Shown here: piece after piece, positions 32,058-39,773 of the stretch
Position numbering within the stretch: the stretch's first letter is position 1
Layout of the letters: each line of letters starts with the position of its first letter
Assembly (NCBI GenBank): GCA_963720545.1
Contig: OY970399.1
Coordinates: forward strand, 1,728,001-1,792,000
Direction of reading: 5' to 3'
Source: an uncultured Acidobacteriota bacterium
GTDB taxonomy: Bacteria > Acidobacteriota > Vicinamibacteria > Fen-336
DNA length: 64,000 nt
Made by a program: the position numbers and the translations under genes
The notes under the pieces: model-generated
What the model was told of the DNA's origin: nothing
The model's input: the letters and a program-made list of their open reading frames with translations, nothing else
Database searches by the model: none

Positions 32058-35000
32058 GTGAGCCTTTCTCCGTTTCATCCGGCGGTACAAGACTGGTTTC
32101 GCGCTTCCTTCGCGAAGCCGACGGCTGCCCAGGACAAGGGATGGGCCGCGATCGCGAAGGGTGATTCGACGCTGCTGCTGGCGCCGACGGGCAGTGGCAA
32201 GACGCTCGCGGCGTTCCTCTGGTGCCTCAATCGCCTCATGTTCGGGCCGCCGCCCGACGGCAAGCGCCGCACGCGCGTCCTTTATGTATCGCCGCTGAAG
32301 GCGCTCGCTGTGGACGTCGAGCGCAACCTGCGGGCGCCGCTCGTCGGCATCGCGCACGCCGCGCAGCGGCTCGGCGTCGCGGCCTACTCGCCCGAGGTCT
32401 GGGTGCGCACCGGGGACACGCCCGCGGCCGAGCGCGCGCGTTTCCTCCGCGCGCCGGCCGACATCGTCATCACCACGCCCGAGTCGCTGTTCCTCCTGCT
32501 CACTTCGCAGTCGCGCGACGCGTTCGCCACCCTCGATACCGTCATCCTCGACGAGATCCACGCGCTCGTTCCCACCAAGCGCGGCAGCCATCTCGCCTTG
32601 TCGCTCGAGCGGCTCGAGAAGCTCGCGAACCGGCCCCTGCAGCGCATCGGCCTGTCGGCGACCCAGCGGCCGCTCGACGAGGTGGCACGTTTCCTCGGCG
32701 GCGCCGACACCAGCGTGGCGACTGCGGCGAAGAAGGCGAAGACGCCGAAGGTCGGCAAGCGTTCGGCCGCGGCGGGCATCCATGCAGAGTTCGCCGGTGC
32801 CGTGCGCAAGGTGAACTACCGGCCGGTCACTGTCGTCGATTCCGGCACACGCAAGGAACTGAAGCTGCGCATCGAGGTGCCGGTCGAGGACATGGCGAAA
32901 CTCGCCGATCCCATCGACATCCCCAGCGGTCCGGCGTCGCAGGGGCCGGTGCGGCCGTCGATCTGGAGCGCCATCCATCCGCGCCTGGTGGAACTGGTGC
33001 GCGCGCACCGCTCGACGCTCATTTTCGTCAACAGCCGACGCGTCGCCGAACGGCTGGCCGGAGCGCTCAACGAGCTTGCCGAAGAGCCGCTGGTACGCGC
33101 CCATCACGGCTCGCTGGCGCGGCCACAGCGCATCGAGATCGAAGAGGCGCTGAAGGCCGGCAAGCTGCGCGGCCTGGTCGCCACGTCGTCGCTCGAGCTC
33201 GGCATCGACATGGGCGCCATCGACCTGGTGATCCAGATCGAGGCGCCGCCATCGGTCGCAAGCGGGCTGCAGCGCATCGGCCGCGGCGGGCATCATGTCG
33301 ATGCGGTCAGCGAAGGGCTCATCTTTCCCAAGTACCGCGGCGACCTGGTGGCGAGCGCCGCGGTTGCGCGCAGCATGCACCGCGGCGAGGTCGAGGCCAT
33401 TCGCTATCCGCGCAACCCGCTCGACGTGCTGGCGCAGCAGGTGGTGGCGGCGGTCGCCATGGATCCGTGGGACCAGGACGAGCTGTTCGCGCTGGTGCGC
33501 GGCGCCGCGCCCTACGCCGACCTCGACCGCTCGGTGTTCGACGGCGTCCTCGACATGCTCGCCGGCCGCTATCCCTCGGACGAATTCGCTGAGCTGAGGC
33601 CGCGCCTCACATGGGACCGGGTGAAGGGCACGCTGGTCACGCGCGAGGGCGCGCGGCGCGTGGCAATCGCGAACGCCGGCACCATCCCCGACCGCGGCCT
33701 CTACAGCGTGTTCCTCGCCGGCGCCGCCCCCGGCACCGCGCGCGTCGGTGAGCTCGATGAGGAAATGGTCTTCGAGACCCATCCCGGCGAGACCTTCGTG
33801 CTGGGCGCTTCCACCTGGCGCATCGAGGAGATCGGCCACGACCGCGTCACTGTGTCGCCGGCGCCGGGCGAGCCGGGCCGCATGCCGTTCTGGAAGGGCG
33901 ATGCCCCGGGCCGGCCGCTCGAGTTCGGCCGCGCCATCGGCGCCCTGGTACGCACCTTGCGGGCGATGCCGCGGTCGGCCGCGCTGGACCGCCTGGTGCG
34001 CGAGCACGACCTCGACCGCCAGGCGGCGGAGAACCTGCTGCAGTATCTCGCCGACCAGCACGAGGCTGTCGGCCACGTGCCGGACGACCGCACCATCGTC
34101 ATCGAGCGCTGCCGCGACGAGCTGGGCGACTGGCGGGTGTGCCTGCTGTCGCCGTTCGGCGGCAAGGTACTGGCGCCGTGGTCCATGGCCATCCTCGCCA
34201 GGATCCACGACCAGGCCGGCCTCGACGTCGAGACGCTCTGGACCAACGACGGCCTGGTGGTGCGCTTCCCCGACACGGACGAGGCTCCCGACCCGCAGCT
34301 GATGCTGCCGGCGGCGGCCGAAGCGGAGGCGCTGATCGTGCGCCAGCTCGGTGCCACCTCGCTGTTCGCCGCCAAGTTCCGCGAGGCCGCCGCGCGCGCC
34401 CTGCTGCTGCCGCGCCGGCGCGTCGGCACGCGCACGCCCTTGTGGCAGCAGAGGAAGCGCGCCGCCGACCTGCTGGCGGTGGCGGCGAAGTTCGGCTCCT
34501 TCCCCATGCTGCTCGAGGCGCACCGCGAGTGCCTGCGCGACCTGTTCGACGTGCCGGCGCTGCTCGAGACACTGCGCGCCATCGAGCGGCGCGAGATCCG
34601 CGTGGTCACGGTCGACTCCACGCAGCCCTCGCCATTCGCCGCCTCGCTGCTCTTCGGCTACGTCGCCGCCTACCTTTACGACGGCGACGCGCCGCTCGCG
34701 GAACGGCGCGCGCAGGCACTGTCGATCGACCACGCGCAGCTGCGAGCACTCATCGGCGAGGCCGAACTGCGCGCCGTGCTCGATGGCGACGCCATCGACA
34801 GTGTCGAGCGCGAGCTGCAGCATCTCGAACCACAACGCCGCTTCAAGACCGCCGACGGCCTGCACGACCTGCTGCTGCGCATCGGCGACCTGGCACCCGA
34901 GGAGATCGCGCAGCGCGCGGCGGTCGAAGCCTGGGAGCCGCTGGTGGCGCGGCTGCGCGCGGAGCGGCGGGTGTTGACGCTCGCGGTTGCCGGCGAGGAG

Positions 35001-36740
35001 CGCGTGGTGGCGGTGGAAGACGCCGCGCGTTTTCGCGATGCGCTCGGCACGCCACTACCGCAGGGTCTGCCGGGCGCCCTGCTCGCCACCGTGCGCGATC
35101 CGCTGCGCGACCTGGTGCTGCGCTACGCGCGCACCCATGGACCGTTCGTGACGCAAGACGTGGCGCTGCGCTTCGGCGTCGCGCGGCCGGCGGTGGAAAA
35201 GGCGCTGGCGCGCGCGGCGGCCGGTGGCCGCATCCTCGAGGGTGAGTTCCGGCCCGGCGGCACGCAGCGCGAGTGGTGCGACTCCTCGGTGCTGTCGCAG
35301 ATCAGGCGGCGCTCGCTGGCGCGGCTGCGCCACGAGGTGGAGCCGGTGGAGGCGGCGGTTCTCGGCCGCTTCTTCACCTCCTGGCAAGGAGTGCTGCGGC
35401 CAAGGCGCGGGCTTGACGCGCTCCTCGACGCCATCGAGACCCTGCAGGGAGTGCCGCTCATCGCCTCGGCGCTCGAGCGCGAGATCCTGCCGGCGCGCAT
35501 CGCCGGCTATGAGCGGCGCGACCTCGACACGCTGCTCGCGGCAGGCGAGGTGCTGTGGTGCGGCGTCGAGCCGCTGGGCGACGCTGACGGCCGCGTCGCT
35601 CTCTACCTCACCGACCACTTCCCCCGCCTCTGGCGCCCGCAGCCGCCGCCTGGCCACGGCGCGGCGCCAGGGAAGCAGGCAGGCGCGGCAGCGCTGTCGC
35701 AACGTGAAGCCGGGGTTGTCGCGCATCTGCAGAAGGAGGGCGCGTCCTTCTTCGCCGCCGTGCACGAAGCGGCGGGCGGCGGCTATCCGCGCGACACGCT
35801 CGACGCCATCTGGAACCTCGTCTGGCGCGGGCTCCTCACCAACGATTCGCTGCAGCCGCTGCGCGCCTTCCTTGGCAGCCGCTCGTCGCGCTCCGGACGG
35901 CGCACGGCGCCCGGCAGTGCCATGGCACGCGCGTTCCGTTCGCGGCGGCAGACGCCAAGCGCCGCTGAAGGCCGCTGGTCGCTGCTGGCCCCACGGCTGC
36001 GCCCGCTGAGCGCAACGGCGTGGAGCGCGGCGCTTGCACAGCAGCTGCTGCAGCGCTACGGCCTGGTCGCGCGCGAGACGCCGGCGGCCGAGCAGGTCTA
36101 CGGCGGGTTCTCGGCGGTCTACGACGTGCTCAAGACCATGGAGGAAAGCGGCCGCGTGCGCCGCGGGTTGTTCGTGTCCGGCGTCGGCGCGCTGCAGTTC
36201 GCGCTGCCGCAGGCGCTTGACCTGCTGCGCTCGCTGCGCACGCCGCCCGAGGTGCTCGAAGTGGTGGTGCTCGCGGCTTCCGACCCCGCGAACCCGTACG
36301 GCACCGTGCTGCGCTGGCCGGCGGCCGCGGCCGCACGCACGCCCTCGCGCGCGGCGGGTGCGCGCGTGGTGCTGGTGAGCGGCGCCGCCGCCGCGTACCT
36401 TGGCAAGGGTGGGAAACAGCTGCTGACGTGGCTGCCGGAGGACGATCCCGATCGTGCGCCGATGGCGCGTGCGATCGCACGGGCGCTGGCCGAAGACAGC
36501 CAGCGGCATGCGGCGCTCTACACCGAGATCGACGCGCTGGCGGCGGCCGAGCATCCGCTGGCGCCGTTCCTCGTCGACGCCGGCTTCGTGCGCACGCATC
36601 AGGGCCTGCAGCTCGGCCAGCGCCGCGCACTCGAGATCGCCGCGGCGGCCGTTGCGGCGGCAGCCGGCGCGGCACCAATCGGTGCGGCCACGACAGGTGC
36701 AGCGGGTTCGGAGGCAGACCGGCCGGGCGCCGATGCCTGA
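32058..36740 (+). CDS. lhr: Full-length Lhr SF2 helicase with C-terminal winged-helix/AlkZ-like domain
   Basis: APTGSGKT, SPLKALAVD, DEIH, GLSAT, HHGSL, TSSLELGID, QRIGRGGH; 1560 aa. Confidence 0.93.
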   Translation: MSLSPFHPAVQDWFRASFAKPTAAQDKGWAAIAKGDSTLLLAPTGSGKTLAAFLWCLNRLMFGPPPDGKRRTRVLYVSPLKALAVDVERNLRAPLVGIAHAAQRLGVAAYSPEVWVRTGDTPAAERARFLRAPADIVITTPESLFLLLTSQSRDAFATLDTVILDEIHALVPTKRGSHLALSLERLEKLANRPLQRIGLSATQRPLDEVARFLGGADTSVATAAKKAKTPKVGKRSAAAGIHAEFAGAVRKVNYRPVTVVDSGTRKELKLRIEVPVEDMAKLADPIDIPSGPASQGPVRPSIWSAIHPRLVELVRAHRSTLIFVNSRRVAERLAGALNELAEEPLVRAHHGSLARPQRIEIEEALKAGKLRGLVATSSLELGIDMGAIDLVIQIEAPPSVASGLQRIGRGGHHVDAVSEGLIFPKYRGDLVASAAVARSMHRGEVEAIRYPRNPLDVLAQQVVAAVAMDPWDQDELFALVRGAAPYADLDRSVFDGVLDMLAGRYPSDEFAELRPRLTWDRVKGTLVTREGARRVAIANAGTIPDRGLYSVFLAGAAPGTARVGELDEEMVFETHPGETFVLGASTWRIEEIGHDRVTVSPAPGEPGRMPFWKGDAPGRPLEFGRAIGALVRTLRAMPRSAALDRLVREHDLDRQAAENLLQYLADQHEAVGHVPDDRTIVIERCRDELGDWRVCLLSPFGGKVLAPWSMAILARIHDQAGLDVETLWTNDGLVVRFPDTDEAPDPQLMLPAAAEAEALIVRQLGATSLFAAKFREAAARALLLPRRRVGTRTPLWQQRKRAADLLAVAAKFGSFPMLLEAHRECLRDLFDVPALLETLRAIERREIRVVTVDSTQPSPFAASLLFGYVAAYLYDGDAPLAERRAQALSIDHAQLRALIGEAELRAVLDGDAIDSVERELQHLEPQRRFKTADGLHDLLLRIGDLAPEEIAQRAAVEAWEPLVARLRAERRVLTLAVAGEERVVAVEDAARFRDALGTPLPQGLPGALLATVRDPLRDLVLRYARTHGPFVTQDVALRFGVARPAVEKALARAAAGGRILEGEFRPGGTQREWCDSSVLSQIRRRSLARLRHEVEPVEAAVLGRFFTSWQGVLRPRRGLDALLDAIETLQGVPLIASALEREILPARIAGYERRDLDTLLAAGEVLWCGVEPLGDADGRVALYLTDHFPRLWRPQPPPGHGAAPGKQAGAAALSQREAGVVAHLQKEGASFFAAVHEAAGGGYPRDTLDAIWNLVWRGLLTNDSLQPLRAFLGSRSSRSGRRTAPGSAMARAFRSRRQTPSAAEGRWSLLAPRLRPLSATAWSAALAQQLLQRYGLVARETPAAEQVYGGFSAVYDVLKTMEESGRVRRGLFVSGVGALQFALPQALDLLRSLRTPPEVLEVVVLAASDPANPYGTVLRWPAAAAARTPSRAAGARVVLVSGAAAAYLGKGGKQLLTWLPEDDPDRAPMARAIARALAEDSQRHAALYTEIDALAAAEHPLAPFLVDAGFVRTHQGLQLGQRRALEIAAAAVAAAAGAAPIGAATTGAAGSEADRPGADA

Positions 36741-37563
36741 AGGCGACACTCTCTTCCGCACCGCGCGCACTCTGCAGCGCGCGCTCGCGGGCCACGTGGT
36801 GACGCGCTTCGAATCGGCGTATCCGGCGCTCACACGGGTCGATGAAGATCAGCACGTGGAGGGGCGCGTGATCGACAAGGTCGAGGCGCGCGGCAAGAAC
36901 CTGCTCATGCACTTCGCCGGCGGTCTCATCCTGCGCACCCACCTGCGGATGAACGGCAGCTGGCATATCTATCGCCCCGGCGAGGCCTGGCAGCGGCCGC
37001 GGCGCGACGCCCGCATCGTCATCGAGACCGATGCCTTCGTCGCGGTTGGCTTCACCATCCCGGTTGCGGTCTTCGAGACCACCCACACCGTCGAGCGGCA
37101 CGAGGCGCTGGGCCGGCTCGGCGCCGACCTGCTGGCCGCCGAGCCCGACCTGGGCGACATGTTGCGGCGAATTCGGGCGCGACCGCAGGAAGAGATCGGC
37201 GAAGCGCTGCTCAACCAGCGCGTGCTCGCCGGGATAGGCAACGTCTTCAAGTCGGAGACGCTGCACGCGGCTTCGGTCAACCCGTTCCGCGTTGTCGGCA
37301 GCCTCGGCGACGACGACCTGCAGCGCATCGTCGCCACCGCTCGCGACCTGCTGCGCGCCAACGTGCGCAGCGACTCGCCGGGAATGATCGTCACGACCCG
37401 CAGCGTCCGGCCCGCGGCGATGGTCATGGATCCGGAGGACGCGCTGCACGTGTACGGGCGCCGCGGCAAGCCGTGCCGCCGCTGCGGTGCGCCGATCTCG
37501 TGGCGGCGCCAGGGTCACTACGCACGCAGCACCTACTGGTGCCCCGCGTGTCAACCCGCGTAG
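36733..37563 (+). CDS. nei: Fpg/Nei family DNA glycosylase/AP lyase
   Basis: MPEGDT N-terminus, RGKNLL, HLRMNGSW, H2TH LLNQRVLAGIGNVFKSE, CxxC..CxxC zinc finger; overlaps the lhr stop. Confidence 0.92.
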   Translation: MPEGDTLFRTARTLQRALAGHVVTRFESAYPALTRVDEDQHVEGRVIDKVEARGKNLLMHFAGGLILRTHLRMNGSWHIYRPGEAWQRPRRDARIVIETDAFVAVGFTIPVAVFETTHTVERHEALGRLGADLLAAEPDLGDMLRRIRARPQEEIGEALLNQRVLAGIGNVFKSETLHAASVNPFRVVGSLGDDDLQRIVATARDLLRANVRSDSPGMIVTTRSVRPAAMVMDPEDALHVYGRRGKPCRRCGAPISWRRQGHYARSTYWCPACQPA

Positions 37564-37582
37564 CCCCGTGTTCCCGAGCAGC

Positions 37583-37683
37583 CCGTATTCCCGAGGAGTC
37601 CATCGCTTGCGCTGCGACCGAGGGATCTCGCTGCGCCCGTATTCCCGAGGAGCCCATCGTTTGCGCTGCGATCGAGGGATCTC
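37583..37683 (+). repeat. Two tandem REP-like repeats (47 bp, 54-bp period)
   Basis: CCGTATTCCCGAGGAG(T/C)CCATCG(C/T)TTGCGCTGCGA(C/T)CGAGGGATCTC x2, plus a partial copy at 37566. Confidence 0.85.
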
Positions 37684-37687
37684 ACTT

Positions 37688-37711
37688 GCAACTGCGTCCG
37701 GACGCAGTTGC
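37688..37711. repeat. Perfect 24-bp palindrome
   Basis: GCAACTGCGTCCGGACGCAGTTGC. Confidence 0.9.
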
Positions 37712-37950
37712 CTTACCGATCGCCACACTCTGCAGCGGACGACGGTGCGACATCACGGTCGGCGAGTGGTTCGGAGCGCGGGCGATGCGGCCCGCGAACT
37801 CCAAGCCCCGAAGCCTCGAGTAGCGCATGTCGTTGACCGCGCTGCGAAGGGCCCACCAGCGGACGCCCTCGAACTAGTTCCGGAACGAGTGGCACCATCC
37901 TTCGCGCCAACTGCATCATAGCTGCTGCGTTTCGGCATTCAGCTTGGTGG

Positions 37951-37968
37951 ACTGCGTCCGGACGCAGT
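37951..37968. repeat. Perfect 18-bp palindrome
   Basis: ACTGCGTCCGGACGCAGT. Confidence 0.9.
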
Positions 37969-37995
37969 TGACTATGTGCGTTGGACGGAAAAGGT

Positions 37996-38044
37996 GGATC
38001 CCTCGGACGCAGCGGCAAGCGATGCACGCCCTTCGGGAAAACGG
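37996..38044 (-). repeat. REP-like repeat, inverted copy
   Basis: Reverse complement reads CCGTTTTCCCGAAGGGCGTGCATCGCTTGCCGCTGCGTCCGAGGGATCC. Confidence 0.8.
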
Positions 38045-38095
38045 CACCAAGGTACCGACGCTGACGCAAGCGCCAGGGGGACGACAGGAAAGGAA

Positions 38096-38135
38096 ATCGA
38101 CGGATTGGACGGGGACGGAGAGCCAATCCGTCGAT
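38096..38135. terminator. 13-bp stem hairpin between the convergent nei and sulfatase genes
   Basis: ATCGACGGATTGG...CCAATCCGTCGAT, followed on the minus strand by TTCCTTTCC. Confidence 0.5.
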
Positions 38136-38140
38136 CGGGT

Positions 38141-38181
38141 GGGTCCTTCGGGCCAGCGCAAGCGCAAGGAGCCTTCAGGAC
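38141..38181 (-). repeat. Diverged REP-like copy
   Basis: Reverse complement GTCCTGAAGGCTCCTTGCGCTTGCGCTGGCCCGAAGGACCC. Confidence 0.5.
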
Positions 38182-38188
38182 TTCGCGG

Positions 38189-39730
38189 CTATTGCAGGTA
38201 TCCGAGCGCCTTGAGCTCAGCGATTGTGGCTTCGTCCATCGGCACACGGCGTGCGCGGCCGGTGCGTGCGGCTAATGCGCGCCGCAGCTCGGCGTCGTAG
38301 CGCGCCGCCAGTTCCCGCTGCGTGCCGCGCGCCAACAGGTTGATGCGCTCGCCGGGATCGGCGCGCAGGTCGTAGAGTTCGGCGGCGCCGGCAGCGCTGT
38401 CGGTCACCACTATAGGCGGCAGCCGCGGCCGGCCATAGCGGTGCACCTCCTGCGGCGTCATCGACAGGATGTACTTGTAGCGGTCGGTGCGCAGGCTCTT
38501 TGCCTCGCTGCGGCCCATCAGCGACTCGCTGAGCGCCGCGCGCTCGCCTTCACCTCCGCGCACCCCTCCGCTGCCGCTTTCCCAGAGAGCGCGCAGCGAG
38601 CGGCCCTGCACCGCGACGGGCACCGCGATGCCGGCGATGTCGAGGATCGTCGGCAGCACGTCGATGGCGCGGGTCACCGCGGCCACGCGCGTGCCGGCGT
38701 GCTGCGAGCCTGGCAGCTTGACGATCAGCGGCACGTGCGTGAGCTCGTCGTGGAGCGTGTTGCCGTGGGTGTTGTAGAAGCGGCCGTCGCGTTCCTCCGA
38801 GCCGAAGGCGCCGGCAGTCTCGCCAAGCTGCTCGCCATGGTCGCTGGTGAGCACGATGAGCGTGTCGTCGTAGAGCCGGCGGCTGCGGAGCCGCTCGACC
38901 AGCCGGCCGACGGCGCGATCGGCAGACCGGACGCCGCCGTCGTAGAGCGCCGACACCACCTCGGGGCGAAAGGCACGGCGCCGCTCGAGCAGCTTCTGCA
39001 GCTTGCCCGCGTCGATGCGCGCCTGCGGGTCGCGGCCAAGCCGCGCCACCTGCGCCGCGAGCGCACGTCCCGCACCTTGCGGCAGCAGCCGCTCGTCGTC
39101 GAGGAACTCGCCGTTGAGGTAGGGTGCGTGCACCTCGAAGGTGTGCCAGAAGATGAAGAACGGCGCATCCTGCTCGCGTTCGACCGCCGCCAGCAGCCGC
39201 GCGAGGTTCTTCTCGTTCAGCTTGCGCATGAAGGTGTGGTAGCGGACGAAACCTCGGCCGAAGCCAACCCGCGGGTCCATGGTGCTGCCGCCGGTGAACG
39301 CCACCGAACGATAGCCGCTGGCCGAGAGCAGGCCGGGCAGCGTCTGGTGCTCGTCGCCCAGGGTCTCGAAACCGTAGCCCTCCTCGAGCGCATCGCGCAG
39401 TTCTTCGAGCGGCCGGGTGACGCCGTGCGCCGACGGCAGCAGGCCGGTGAAGATGGTCATGTGGCTCGGCGTCGTCCACGGCGCTGCCGCGATCTGGCGC
39501 TCGAAGAGGACGGCGTCTTTCGCGAGCGCGCCGATCGCCGGGCTCGTCGGTCGCGCGGCGTAACCGTAAGGCGTGAGGCGGTCGGCGCGCAGCGTGTCGA
39601 TCGAGATCAGGATGACGTTGGGCCGCGCGGCGCGCGCTCCGCCGCCGGGCGGCGCTGCGGAGCGGCAGGCTGCCAGCAGGTAGAGCGCGCCCACGATGAG
39701 GAAAGCCTGCGCCGGCGAACGACGGGACAC
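38189..39730 (-). CDS. Sulfatase-like (alkaline phosphatase superfamily) lipoprotein
   Basis: LAAC lipobox, NVILISIDTLRADRL, PWTTPSH, TSDHGE, LKALGY. Confidence 0.85.
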   Translation of the reverse strand: MSRRSPAQAFLIVGALYLLAACRSAAPPGGGARAARPNVILISIDTLRADRLTPYGYAARPTSPAIGALAKDAVLFERQIAAAPWTTPSHMTIFTGLLPSAHGVTRPLEELRDALEEGYGFETLGDEHQTLPGLLSASGYRSVAFTGGSTMDPRVGFGRGFVRYHTFMRKLNEKNLARLLAAVEREQDAPFFIFWHTFEVHAPYLNGEFLDDERLLPQGAGRALAAQVARLGRDPQARIDAGKLQKLLERRRAFRPEVVSALYDGGVRSADRAVGRLVERLRSRRLYDDTLIVLTSDHGEQLGETAGAFGSEERDGRFYNTHGNTLHDELTHVPLIVKLPGSQHAGTRVAAVTRAIDVLPTILDIAGIAVPVAVQGRSLRALWESGSGGVRGGEGERAALSESLMGRSEAKSLRTDRYKYILSMTPQEVHRYGRPRLPPIVVTDSAAGAAELYDLRADPGERINLLARGTQRELAARYDAELRRALAARTGRARRVPMDEATIAELKALGYLQ

Positions 39731-39773
39731 TTTGCCCGGATTGAACTACGGGGCTTGGGCGGGTTGCAACCTT

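Noticed and set aside
28654..37563. Anti-phage defence island around the Lhr helicase
   Set aside because: Lhr-Nei is a recognised repair pair, and the neighbours are secreted proteins with no nuclease or defence domains recognisable.
37566..37711. Tandem 47-bp repeats as a CRISPR array
   Set aside because: Only two full tandem copies, separated by 7 bp. The repeats are degenerate and also occur inverted, and no cas genes are present; this fits REP-like repeats.
37713..38300. Short ORFs within the repeat region as a transposase or toxin
   Set aside because: No RBS, no HUH, DDE or HNH motifs, and they largely translate the repeats themselves.
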